Shown: piece by piece, positions 38,044 to 48,006 of the stretch
How the letters are laid out: each line of letters starts with the position of its first letter
How positions within the stretch are numbered: position 1 is the stretch's first letter
Assembly (NCBI GenBank): GCA_963811735.1
Contig: CAWESW010000056.1
Span: forward strand, 29,437-93,436
DNA: 64,000 nucleotides
Source of the DNA: an uncultured Verrucomicrobiae bacterium
GTDB lineage: Bacteria; Chlamydiota; Chlamydiia; Chlamydiales; Rhabdochlamydiaceae
Direction: 5' to 3'
Notes under the pieces: generated by a model
Databases searched by the model: none
What the model was told of the DNA's origin: nothing
What the model saw: the letters and a program-made list of their open reading frames with translations, nothing else
Position numbers and translations under genes: made by a program

Positions 38044-41000
38044 CTTCAGGTTCGTTTTCTTTCTTTTTCCCTTTCAGTCTTTCATGCAGCTCTTCGACAT
38101 ATGTGTAGATGACAGGGGTGAGGTAGAGGGTCATGATTTGGGAAAAGATCAGGCCTCCTACGATGACGATACCTAGGCCTTGTCTGCTTTTTGCCGTGGC
38201 GCCGCCGATCCCAAGCGCAATGGGAACTGCGCCCATGAGGGCGGCAAAAGTGGTCATCAGGATGGGGCGGCATCGGACCATGCAGGCGTGGAAGATCGCT
38301 TCGTGGATCGCTTTTCCCTGATGCAGGCGGGAATCGTTGGCAAAGTCGATCATGATGATGCCGTTCTTCATCACAATGCCAAGCAGCATGATCATGCCGA
38401 CGACGGCGTAGAGGGAAAGGGTCTGTCCGCAGATCATGAGGCTTAGGAAACCGCCTAAGGCAGCTGGAGGCAGCGTCGACATCACGGTGATCGGCGGAAA
38501 GAAGCTTTCATAGAGGATGCCGAGGATGATGTAGATGATAAACATGGAGATCAGCAATAGGGACTGCAAGTTGGCAAACGACTGCTTAAAGACGCTCGCG
38601 GATCCCTGGACGGAACCGGTCACATCGATCGGGAGCGTTTGTTTTGCAAGTTTCTCGACGTCTTTGAGCGCCGTTTGAAGGGGGGCATTGGGGGCAAGGT
38701 TGAAGGAGATGGTCGCCGAGGGGAGCCCATCGATGTGGTTGACGGTGAGGGGGCCGATGGTCTCCGTGACTTTGCAGATCGAAGAGAAGGGGACCATTTC
38801 GTTATTGGTATTGCGGAACCACATCTGGTTAAAGTTGGAGGGATTCCGGTAGAAATGGGGGAATGTCTCCATGATCGCGTAATATTGGTAGCTGGAAGTA
38901 TTGATCGGGCTTAAATTGCTGGTGGCATAGGCGAGGTTGAGCGAGTTTTCAATTTGGGTGGCAGTGATGTTGTATTGGGAGGCTCTGTCTCGAAGGATCT
39001 CGATTTTTGCCTGCGGCTCAGTGATATCCATATCACTGACAACGGCGGTGATTGTTTTAAGTCCCTTCATTTTTTCTTCCATCATGGGCCCGTATTTATA
39101 GAGGTCATCGGTGCTCATGCTGACAAGGGTGAATTGATAGTCCCCCTTGCTGTTTGTAGTTCCGACTTGGAGGTTGATGAGCGGCATCGGGACGAGAAAT
39201 ACTTTGCATCCGGGGATTTGATTGGCGATCGGAGCGAGATGTTTCAAAAGAGGCTCAAGAGCGAGTCTTTCTTTGATCGGCTTAAGGATAAGGTACATGA
39301 TCCCTTCATTGTCCTGGGGATACCCGCTGATTCCGTTGATGGCTTGAATATTGGGATCTTTGATGAGGATTTTGGAGAGTTTATCGGTATAATCGCTCAG
39401 CTGGAATGGGGATGTGCCGTCCACAGACTGGATATAGCATTGAATACACCCTAAGTCATCTGGAGGAAGAAAGTCTTTAGGTAGTTTGATCAAGAGGAAA
39501 ATCGAGAGGGCCAAACTTCCGATGCCAATGCCCAAAACCGTTTTTTTGTGGGAAAGCGCCCATTCCAATGAAGGAGAATAGACGCCCAGGATTTTTTCAT
39601 TCAGAGCATGGGATATTTTTTCGACGAATGTCTTCTTTTTTTCTGTTCCTTCCTTGACTTCGGGAATGATGCGGCTGCACATCAGAGGCGTAAGTGAAAG
39701 AGAGATCATCCCCGAAATGAAGACCGTAACGACGATGGTGACTGCGAATTCATGGAGGATCCTTCCGATGATTCCTCCCATGAAAAGCAGAGGAATAAAG
39801 ATCGTGCACAGGCAAAGCGTCATTGATAAAATGGTAAAACTGATCTCTTTGGATCCGTTCATGGCTGCGGTGAACGGTTTTTCTCCATGCTCGATGTGGC
39901 GCACGACATTTTCCAGAACGACGATGGCGTCATCGACGAGATAGCCGATGGCAAGCGTGATTGCGAGCAGGGACAGAATATCGATAGTGAACTTCATTTG
40001 TAGCATCACAATGAAGGCGCCTAGAACAGAAAGGGGAATGGTGATGACGGGAATCAGGGTGTCCTTTACTTTGCCCAAATAAAAGAAGATGACTAAAACA
40101 ACCAGCAATAATGCGATGAACAAAGTCAATTGAACATCATGAACCGAATCCCAGATGAAATTGGACTGGTCCCAAACGCGGACAAGCTTGGCCGCTCCGG
40201 GGATTTGGGCCTCCAATGAGGGGAGCAGGGCATCAATCTCTTCAATGACTTTGAGGGTGTTGGCCCCAGGCTGCTTGCGCACCGCGAGCATGACACAGGG
40301 AGCGCCGTAATCTCCATTATAATAATTGATGAAAACTTTATCATTCTGGACGCTGTCGATGGCGTGGCCGACATCGCGGAAGCGCACGATTGATCCGTTG
40401 TCATTTTTAATGATGATGGGGTCGTAGAGGGCAGCCGGCATCAGTTGGCCGTTGACGTCGATGGTGAACTCTCTTTTTTCTCCAAAAAGGGTGCCGACGG
40501 GTTGATAAACGTTAGCCTGTTGGATCGCATTGCCCACATCCTGGATGCCAAGCCCTTTGGCAGCCATCTTTTGCGGATCGACGCGCAGACGGACAGCGTA
40601 GGGCTGACCATAGGTCTGCACCTGGGAGACTCCTTCGACGATACTGAGTCTTTGCGCCAGGACGGAATAGGCATAATTGTACAAATCACCCAATGACATG
40701 ACCGGAGATGTGACGGCTAGGAAAAGAATGGGGGAGGCGGTGGGGTTGGTCTTGGTATAGGTCGGTGCGTAGGGGAGATCTTTGGGCAGTTGGGGAGTTG
40801 CCGTGTTGATCGCCGCCAGCACATCGGGAGCGGCCAGGTCAATGTTGCGATCGAGCTGGAACTGCAGGACAATGGTCGCGCTTCCGGTGTAACTTGTCGA
40901 AGAGATCGACTGCAGTCCTTGGACGGTCGTGAATTGCTGCTCGAGAGGGACAACGACGTTGTTGGCCACAGTCACAGGATCGGCGCCCGGCCAGTCGACG

Positions 41001-41143
41001 CTGACGGTGATCGTCGGATAGTCGACGTCAGGCATATCGCTGACGGGAAGTGCGATATAAGAAAGGACACCGAAAAATGCCACTGTCAACATGACGAGGA
41101 TGGTCATTACCGGTCTGCGGATAAAGATCTCCGAAAGGTTCAT
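38030..41143 (-). CDS. RND efflux permease (AcrB/MdtBC family)
   Basis: FIRRPV, GYLVDDAIVVLEN, GIVMKNGIIMIDF, RPILMTT. Confidence 0.93.
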   Translation of the reverse strand: MNLSEIFIRRPVMTILVMLTVAFFGVLSYIALPVSDMPDVDYPTITVSVDWPGADPVTVANNVVVPLEQQFTTVQGLQSISSTSYTGSATIVLQFQLDRNIDLAAPDVLAAINTATPQLPKDLPYAPTYTKTNPTASPILFLAVTSPVMSLGDLYNYAYSVLAQRLSIVEGVSQVQTYGQPYAVRLRVDPQKMAAKGLGIQDVGNAIQQANVYQPVGTLFGEKREFTIDVNGQLMPAALYDPIIIKNDNGSIVRFRDVGHAIDSVQNDKVFINYYNGDYGAPCVMLAVRKQPGANTLKVIEEIDALLPSLEAQIPGAAKLVRVWDQSNFIWDSVHDVQLTLFIALLLVVLVIFFYLGKVKDTLIPVITIPLSVLGAFIVMLQMKFTIDILSLLAITLAIGYLVDDAIVVLENVVRHIEHGEKPFTAAMNGSKEISFTILSMTLCLCTIFIPLLFMGGIIGRILHEFAVTIVVTVFISGMISLSLTPLMCSRIIPEVKEGTEKKKTFVEKISHALNEKILGVYSPSLEWALSHKKTVLGIGIGSLALSIFLLIKLPKDFLPPDDLGCIQCYIQSVDGTSPFQLSDYTDKLSKILIKDPNIQAINGISGYPQDNEGIMYLILKPIKERLALEPLLKHLAPIANQIPGCKVFLVPMPLINLQVGTTNSKGDYQFTLVSMSTDDLYKYGPMMEEKMKGLKTITAVVSDMDITEPQAKIEILRDRASQYNITATQIENSLNLAYATSNLSPINTSSYQYYAIMETFPHFYRNPSNFNQMWFRNTNNEMVPFSSICKVTETIGPLTVNHIDGLPSATISFNLAPNAPLQTALKDVEKLAKQTLPIDVTGSVQGSASVFKQSFANLQSLLLISMFIIYIILGILYESFFPPITVMSTLPPAALGGFLSLMICGQTLSLYAVVGMIMLLGIVMKNGIIMIDFANDSRLHQGKAIHEAIFHACMVRCRPILMTTFAALMGAVPIALGIGGATAKSRQGLGIVIVGGLIFSQIMTLYLTPVIYTYVEELHERLKGKKKENEPEATKP

Positions 41144-41152
41144 CGCGGTCTC

Positions 41153-42253
41153 CTAAGATTTAGAGTCTTCGCCTGTTTTAATTTCTACTTTCATCCCTGG
41201 GAAAAGGTTGAGCTGTCCCTCTGTGACGACCTGATCGTTGACTTCGATGCCCGATTCAATGGAAATGTAGGAATCATCGTATCTCTGTCCGATCTTGACG
41301 AAGCGCACGTCGATGGTCGAATCTTCTTTGACCAGATAGACGTAATGCCCCTTCTGGCCAATCATGACGGCATCGTTGGGGAGCATGAAAACGCCTTTTT
41401 CCTCGTTAAGGATCAACCTGACGTCGACGAAATGTCCCGGCCACAGGATTTTTTCCTTATTGGGAAGTGTTCCTTCCATGAGGACAGCTCCTGTTGCCGT
41501 GTTGACCTGGTTGTCGATCAGGGTCAGCTCGCCTTCAAAAGGGTGTTTGTGGGCCGGGTCGGGATAGACGATCAGTTTGAGCATTCCTTTCCGCTGCAGC
41601 TCCTGAATGGTCAAAAGATCTGTTTCGGGGACATAGAAGTCGACGAGGATCGGTTGGATTTGGTTGAGGAGGACGAGATCTGTTCCCGAGTTGGCATCGA
41701 CGTAGTTCCCCGTCTTAACCTGCAGCTTGCCGGTCACGCAGTCCATCGGCGCTTCCATATAGCAGTAGCCGAGGTCGATTTTCGCAGTCTCCAGTTCGGC
41801 CCTATTCTGGGCGACGACAGCTTCATCGACACGTACGTTGGTCACATACTGATCGTAATTCAACTGCGAGATGAAGTCTTGCTGGACAAGGGGCCCATAA
41901 CGGAATGTGGTCTCCTCATCGTAATGCAGCGTTGCATACGTCTGCGCCAGCGTCGCTTCTGCTTTTGCAAGCGCGGCCTCAAAGGGACGGGGGTCGATCA
42001 CGAGCAATAAATCTCCTCTTTTGACTTCCTGTCCTTCCTCAAAATACTGGGCGATGATATTGCCCGAGACCTGGGACATCAGGGTGACGCTTGTTTTGGC
42101 GACGATATGTCCGATGTAGTCGACATATCGGGGAACATCGCAGACGATCGGTTTTGTCACGGAGACGAGGTGGGGCGGGGGAGGAGGAGGTGTTTTTTCA
42201 CATCCGCCGAGCAAAAGTAAAGAAAAGAGTGTGAATTTATGGTGCATCTTCAT
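41153..42253 (-). CDS. RND periplasmic adaptor (MdtA-like lipoprotein)
   Basis: LGGC lipobox, EGQEVKRGDLL.IDPRPF, IDNQVNTATG. Confidence 0.9.
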   Translation of the reverse strand: MKMHHKFTLFSLLLLGGCEKTPPPPPPHLVSVTKPIVCDVPRYVDYIGHIVAKTSVTLMSQVSGNIIAQYFEEGQEVKRGDLLLVIDPRPFEAALAKAEATLAQTYATLHYDEETTFRYGPLVQQDFISQLNYDQYVTNVRVDEAVVAQNRAELETAKIDLGYCYMEAPMDCVTGKLQVKTGNYVDANSGTDLVLLNQIQPILVDFYVPETDLLTIQELQRKGMLKLIVYPDPAHKHPFEGELTLIDNQVNTATGAVLMEGTLPNKEKILWPGHFVDVRLILNEEKGVFMLPNDAVMIGQKGHYVYLVKEDSTIDVRFVKIGQRYDDSYISIESGIEVNDQVVTEGQLNLFPGMKVEIKTGEDSKS

Positions 42254-43803
42254 TGTGTGCAGCCTCCTGGAACTGATTTTGGTTAATTTCTTCTGAGTTT
42301 GCGATTTTTACTTCTTGCATTTCACCGAATGGCGCTAGGGCATTGGGAGATAAAATTCCTGTCGCATAGGCCAAGTTTGCAAGGGAGGTAAACCATTGCC
42401 GGATGGCGCTGGCCTGCGATGCTCTGGCGTCGGCAAGGGCGCTCTGCGCGGAAACGACGTTGAGGATCGTATTTGTGCCTTGCTTATATTGGGCAAGCGC
42501 GACGACGTACTGCTCCTTGGCGGCAGCTAGGTAAGCGGTTGCGAAATACAGCGTGTCGTAGGCGGCGTGGACATTGAAATGATAAGAGGTGATTTCTTGG
42601 ATCATCGACAGTTCGCTCTGTTTGACCTGATCTTCCGCGGCTTCCATATTCGCTCGAGCGATTCGTATTGCATTGCGATAATAAAAACCCTGAAAGAGGG
42701 GCATGGAAACGGAAAATGTGCTTACGAAATTATACCGATCGTGCAACCCGTCGTTGTAGTAGTCTTTAGCAATGTTGAAGTCGTAGTTGAACTGGGGGAG
42801 GAACTGGCGTTGTGCTGCGCGCAAGCTTTGCTGTTTGGAGCGGAGGTTTGCCTCTGCAGCAAGCAGGTCGGGCCTGTTTTGAATGGCGACTGCGATCAAT
42901 GTTTCAACGGGGGGAAGGATATCCTTGTCCGGCAGATTGGTCGGTAGGTCCTGCGTTTTTAATTTCATGTTGGCAGGCAGGCCCATATCGTTCAGCATCG
43001 TGGTATAGGCCGTTTCGACGTTCTGCTGTTGGGAAGCCCATGTGGTCTGATTCTGCAACAGCTGCGTTGTGGCTTGAAGCACATCGGAAACGTCTCTCAC
43101 TCCCGTGTCGAATCCCATCTGGGCCGCTTGCAGAGTGAGCTGTGCCGTCTCGACGTTGGCGACATCTGCGATCAGAAGCTGCTTTTGATAGAGATAAGCG
43201 TAAAAATCGTTCATGATGGTTTGAAGCAGATTCAAAATCGCGTCGTTATGCGTCCAGTCGGCGTTATAGAGCGCCTGGCGGGCGGCCTCGGAAGTGGCGC
43301 GCAGCGTCCCGAAATCATAGATCAGCCAGGAAATCGATAGCTGAGGACTCCAAAAATTGTAGTAAATATCAACGATGGATGCGGTGCCAAGAGCAGTCGT
43401 TCCTCCGGGATTGGTGCTTGTGATCGATCCGGTCGAAATGAACTCGGGCTGACGATTGCGCGAAAAAGAGAAATTGCCGCTGGCCGCCGGGAAAGAACTG
43501 GCTCTGGGATTGACCATAGCTTGCCGCTGCCGATCTCGCCTGGGCCCAAGTGATTTTTGTTTGTTGGTTGTTGCGAAGGGCGATGTCGATCAGCTCGCCC
43601 AGGCTGTAAGGCTCCTCTTGCCCGGGCAGGTCGGGGGGCTCGTCGGAGAGGGCCATCGGTTTGACATTTTTGGGCGGTATCCAGTTGTTGGAAGGGGAGA
43701 GGGGAGCGTAGCTCCAAGGATCGATAACGGCTCTGTTAGGGTAGCAGCCAGCGCACGCCAAAATAATGACATAAGAAGCGGGCAGGGCAAATCTTCGTAT
43801 CAT
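42237..43803 (-). pseudogene. TolC-family outer-membrane channel with a single frameshift near 43490
   Basis: ORF 43369-43803 (lipobox, IALRNN) continues as QSQFFP/AASG in the 42237-43517 frame (NRPDL). Confidence 0.8.
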
Positions 43804-43860
43804 TATGCGCCTTCGACGTTGGTAACTAAAAAATTTAGTTACCATCTAAGCGCAGTATAA

Positions 43861-45324
43861 CTACTGGAGTTTTTTGGTCAAAAGTTCATTGACGACGGCG
43901 GGAGATGCTTTGCCTTTACAGAGCTTCATGACCTGCCCCACGAGGTAGTCAAAGGCTCTTCCTTTGCCGGCTTTGAAGTCTGCAACCGACTGGGGATTAG
44001 CTGCTAACACTTCATCGACCAGAGGCTCAATGCTGGACGTGTCCTGCATGGGCTGGTAATCTGGATTTTCTTTGACGATCGTTTCAGGATCAATCCCTGG
44101 ACTTGCAAACATGTCGTCGGCGACGCTTTTAGCGATCTTGCCAGTGATTGTCCCTTTTTCAATCATCTGAACGAGTTTACCGATATGGGCGGCGAGAATG
44201 CCGGAGTCGAGGAGGTTTTTTCCCGTGTCTTTAAAGCGGCCGGTAAACTCGACGGTGATCCAGTTGCAGACGTTCTTGGGACTGTTGCAGATTTTGAGGG
44301 CTTCTTCGAAATAATCGGCAAAGCGCTTTTCGTTGATGAGGATCTCTGCCGATCCAATGGGCAGCAACAGTTCGGAGACGTAACGTTTGAAGCGCTGATG
44401 GGGGAGTTCGGGCAAAGAAGCACGGACCGATTCGACATAGGCCTCGCTGAGCGCGATCGGAGGGAGGTCGGGCTCGGGGAAGTAGCGGTAATCTTCCGCT
44501 TCTTCTTTTTGGCGCATAAGAATCGTTTCTTTTTTTTCGACGTCGAAGCGAAAGGTTCCCGATTGGAGAACTTTAGAGGGGTCCTCATGCGGGCTGGCGG
44601 AGTAAAGGAGGACCTGGCGGCGGATCTCAGATTCGATCGCCATTTCCATGTAATTGAAGGAATTGAGGTTTTTAATCTCAATTTTTTTGCGCAGCTTCGT
44701 CTCTCCTTTGGGACGGACGGAGACGTTGACGTCGATGCGCAGAGATCCCTCTTCCATATTGCAATCGGAAGCATCGAGGTACTGCATGATTGCCTTGACA
44801 GCCATCGCATAGGCGGAAGCTTCTTTGGGCGAGTGCATGCAAGGTTCCGATACGATTTCAATCAATGGGACGCCAGCGCGGTTGTAATCGACTCCGGCAA
44901 ATGTGCTAAAGTGCTTGAGCATACCTGCGTCATCTTCGAGATGGGCATGGTGAATGGCAAAATGTTTGGACTGTCCTCCGACCTCGGCGACGACGCTTCC
45001 TCCGACGATGATCGGTTGATCGAATTGGGTGATCTGGAAGTTGCGCGGAGAGTCTGGATAAAAATAAGACTTGCGGTCGAACTTGGAGAAGAGCGCCACT
45101 TTGCCTTGAACGGCGCATCCGAACTGGACAGCCTTGCGCACAGCTTCCTTGTTGAGGACCGGAAGAGAGCCGGGCTGGCCCGTGTCCACGACCCCGATAT
45201 TTGTGTTCGGTTCGTCGCCGAACCGATTGGGCGCGGAGCTGAAAATTTTCGATTTGGTGTTGAGCTGGACGTGGATCTCAAGACCGATGACCGGCTCCCA
45301 TTTTTCATAAGCGATGTCTGTCAT
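43861..45324 (-). CDS. gatB: Asp/Glu-tRNA amidotransferase B
   Basis: [29 protein letters not shown]. Confidence 0.97.
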   Translation of the reverse strand: MTDIAYEKWEPVIGLEIHVQLNTKSKIFSSAPNRFGDEPNTNIGVVDTGQPGSLPVLNKEAVRKAVQFGCAVQGKVALFSKFDRKSYFYPDSPRNFQITQFDQPIIVGGSVVAEVGGQSKHFAIHHAHLEDDAGMLKHFSTFAGVDYNRAGVPLIEIVSEPCMHSPKEASAYAMAVKAIMQYLDASDCNMEEGSLRIDVNVSVRPKGETKLRKKIEIKNLNSFNYMEMAIESEIRRQVLLYSASPHEDPSKVLQSGTFRFDVEKKETILMRQKEEAEDYRYFPEPDLPPIALSEAYVESVRASLPELPHQRFKRYVSELLLPIGSAEILINEKRFADYFEEALKICNSPKNVCNWITVEFTGRFKDTGKNLLDSGILAAHIGKLVQMIEKGTITGKIAKSVADDMFASPGIDPETIVKENPDYQPMQDTSSIEPLVDEVLAANPQSVADFKAGKGRAFDYLVGQVMKLCKGKASPAVVNELLTKKLQ

Positions 45325-45328
45325 GATT

Positions 45329-45489
45329 AGCCTCTTGCATAACTAAAGTTCTGTCGATTTTCGGGTTCTTTAGCGCTTTCGATTCAAATTGCAGGGGTAA
45401 TATCAACTTACGTATATGACCCCTGCAATTTGAATCGAAAATCGGCAAAATAATCCCAAAAATCGACGAACCCTAGTTATGCAATAGGT
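45329..45489. mobile_element. Palindromic element family A core with CCTCTTGCATAAC termini
   Basis: CCT(C/A)TTGCATAACTA terminal IR; core near-identical to 46974-47145. Confidence 0.9.
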
Positions 45490-46952
45490 CAAACCTCGTC
45501 GTCAAAGAGCGGGGGAGTTTGATGGGAGAAGCCGGTGGCCTTTTCGAAGGCGTGGGCAAACTGGAGCACTTTTGCATCTTGCATTTGGGGTGCGAGCAAC
45601 TGCAGCCCCAATGGCAGATTATTCTGGCTAAATCCGCAGGGGACGCTGATCGCAGGAAGTCCGGCAAGGTTTGCGCCGATCGTGAAGATGTCTTGCAGAT
45701 ACATCTGGAGAGGATCTTGAATGGCACCGATCGGGAACGCCGTCATCGGCGAGGTCGGCATGGCGATGATTTGGCACTTTTCATACGCTTTTTGGAATTG
45801 CTGGATCATCAATGTCCGCACCTTGAGAGCTTTTTTGTAGAAAGCGTCCTGGTAGCCCGACGAGAGGACATAAGTGCCGAGCAGAATCCGTTTTTTCACC
45901 TCAGGGCCGAAGCCTTCCTGTTTTGAAAAATCGTAGACTTCTTCAAGCGTAGAGGCTCTGGGAGAGCGTTTGCCGTAGCGCACGCCGTCGAATCTGGCGA
46001 GGTTAGTCGACGCCTCTGCTGTGGCCAGAATGTAATAGACGGCGATCGAGTACTTGAGGATATCGAGGTCAATATCGACAATGTGGGCGCCAAGACTTTT
46101 AAAGACCTCGATTGTCTTTTTGAAGTTTTCTTTGAGATTTCCTTCGAGCTGTTCAAGGAAGTGCCAGGGGACGCCGATGGTGCTTCCTCGGATCTCCCCG
46201 TGCATTTTCTTCAGATAGTCTTCCGGTTGCATGTCGAGGCTTGTCGAATCATGGGGGCAATGGTGTCCCAGCACCTCCATGGCCAGCGCCGTATCGGCGG
46301 CGTTGTGAGTGAAGGGGCCGATCTGGTCGAGCGATGAAGCAAATGCCACAAGTCCGTAGCGGGACACTCTGCCGTAGGTCGGTTTGAAGCCAAGGATGCC
46401 GCAAAAGGAAGCAGGCTGGCGGATCGATCCGCCGGTGTCGCTGCCGAGCGCAATCGGGCAGAACCTGGCTGCAACCGCTGCGGCCGAGCCGCCGGAGGAT
46501 CCTCCGGGAGAGCATTTGAGGTCCCAGGGGTTTTTAGTCAGATGGTAAGCGGAGTTTTCCGTCGAAGAGCCCATCGCGAACTCATCGAGGTTTGTCTTGC
46601 CGATGAGCAAAGCGTCTTGCTCCTCGAGGAGTTTGACGACGGTCGCGTCGAATACGGCTCTGTAATTTTGCAGGAATTTAGAGGCGCAAGTGGTGTATTC
46701 TCCCTGAATGTGGATATTGTCTTTAATGGCGACAGGGACTCCTGCGAGTTTCCCCAAAGGCTTGCCGGCTTTTCTTTTTTGGTCGAGCTGTCTTGCTTTT
46801 TGCAACACTCTCTCAGACATTATTGCAAGAAAGGCGCCCACTTGGGGGTCGTGGCGTGCAATCCGTTTCAGGGTCGATTCGGCAATCGTCTCGGCAGAGA
46901 CTTCTCCTTTGCAAAAAAGATCGCGCAAGGCGTGGGCGGATAAACGATACAT
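45489..46952 (-). CDS. gatA: Asp/Glu-tRNA amidotransferase A
   Basis: GKTNLDEFAMGSSTE, PGGSSGGS, GSDTGGSIRQPA. Confidence 0.97.
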   Translation of the reverse strand: MYRLSAHALRDLFCKGEVSAETIAESTLKRIARHDPQVGAFLAIMSERVLQKARQLDQKRKAGKPLGKLAGVPVAIKDNIHIQGEYTTCASKFLQNYRAVFDATVVKLLEEQDALLIGKTNLDEFAMGSSTENSAYHLTKNPWDLKCSPGGSSGGSAAAVAARFCPIALGSDTGGSIRQPASFCGILGFKPTYGRVSRYGLVAFASSLDQIGPFTHNAADTALAMEVLGHHCPHDSTSLDMQPEDYLKKMHGEIRGSTIGVPWHFLEQLEGNLKENFKKTIEVFKSLGAHIVDIDLDILKYSIAVYYILATAEASTNLARFDGVRYGKRSPRASTLEEVYDFSKQEGFGPEVKKRILLGTYVLSSGYQDAFYKKALKVRTLMIQQFQKAYEKCQIIAMPTSPMTAFPIGAIQDPLQMYLQDIFTIGANLAGLPAISVPCGFSQNNLPLGLQLLAPQMQDAKVLQFAHAFEKATGFSHQTPPLFDDEV

Positions 46953-46973
46953 CGTGACCAAAAATAAGTGGTT

Positions 46974-47145
46974 AGAGGGTGTCTACAAAGTAAATTTCAG
47001 TCGATTTTCGGGTTCTTTTGAGCCGCTTTTCGATTCAAATTGCAGGGGTAATATCAACTTACGTATATGACCCCTGCAATTTGAATCGAAAATCGGCCAA
47101 AATAATCCCAAAAATCGACGAAACCTTACTTTGTAGACACCCTCT
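46974..47145. mobile_element. Palindromic element family A
   Basis: Perfect 20-bp terminal IR AGAGGGTGTCTACAAAGTAA; fills the gatC-gatA gap. Confidence 0.92.
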
Positions 47146-47451
47146 TTACTGGTTTGTGAATTTGATGATTGGCGGAACACGGATCATGCCGCCGACATGC
47201 GAAGGGGCGTTTGCAAGGAAGTGATCTCTAGAGAGCAGTTCGCCAATCTCGTCATCCCGCATAATGTTTTTCAGCGTTTCCAGAACGCGATAGCAGGGCT
47301 CGACGCCGTCTGTGTCAATTTCGCCTAGCTGCTGAACGTACCTCAGAACATCTGCGATCTGTGAGTGTAAAGCTTTTTTTTCTTCTTCCGTGCATTCGAT
47401 GCGGCACAGTTTTGCAAGCTTGTTTAGCTCTTTTTCGTCGAATTCTGCCAT
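47146..47451 (-). CDS. gatC: Asp/Glu-tRNA amidotransferase C
   Basis: LAKLCRI, DTDGVEP, LANAP...VPPII; operon with gatAB. Confidence 0.93.
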   Translation of the reverse strand: MAEFDEKELNKLAKLCRIECTEEEKKALHSQIADVLRYVQQLGEIDTDGVEPCYRVLETLKNIMRDDEIGELLSRDHFLANAPSHVGGMIRVPPIIKFTNQ

Positions 47452-47579
47452 GAAATCCACCCAAATAGTAAGAGACAGTCTCTGAAAGATGCAATAATAT
47501 ATCCCTCTTCTGCTCACCTGTAAAGGGAAAATATACCGAAATACCGAACGCGGTCCTTGGTAAAGTTCGTTTTAACATT

Positions 47580-47619
47580 TAGAAGCTGTCTTAAAACCTA
47601 GGTTTTAAGACAGCTTCTA
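47580..47619. repeat. Perfect 40-bp palindrome (collapsed element)
   Basis: TAGAAGCTGTCTTAAAACCT|AGGTTTTAAGACAGCTTCTA. Confidence 0.9.
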
Positions 47620-47787
47620 AGAGGGTGTTGCAAAATTCATTTCCCTCGAGAACGAATGCTTTTCGGAGTCTTTCAAATTGTGCTCCTCACTCGTATCTTA
47701 GTCCCGATACGAGTTTCGTCGCACACTTTGAAATCCTCTCGAAAATCTCTTTGATCTCATAGGGAAAGCAATTTTACAACACTCTCT
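47620..47787. mobile_element. Palindromic element, RPE-like core (168 bp)
   Basis: AGAG(G/A)GTGTTG(C/T)AAAATT termini flanked by TAA/TAA; inner CTCGTATC...GATACGAG hairpin. Confidence 0.85.
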
Positions 47788-48006
47788 AAGAGGGCTCGTC
47801 AAAACCTCGCAGCTCAAATGGTGTAAGTGATTTAATGTTAATATTATATAATCAATTATTCGTTTCAACATGATTAATTATCATTTATTGCAAAGTAATA
47901 ATTTAAAATATAATTATATCTAAATAATTTTTTTTGTTTTAATTTAGAGTTATTTTTTTTATAATAAGAACAAAATAAATAAATTTTGTAATTGGAATTC
48001 ATAATT

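Noticed and set aside
24482-43803. Programmed frameshifting at ~25221, ~25395, ~26960 and ~43490
   Set aside because: No slippery heptamers; scattered single-base indels, including one in TolC, fit sequencing error or decay better
40790-45330. Long antisense ORFs (40790-42010, 44185-45330; also 16694-17551)
   Set aside because: Shadow frames opposite well-conserved genes
46983-47224. Short ORFs over palindromic elements (also 11074-11268, 20446-20664, 54630-54914, 61139-61459)
   Set aside because: Incidental frames in repeat DNA with no RBS or protein motif
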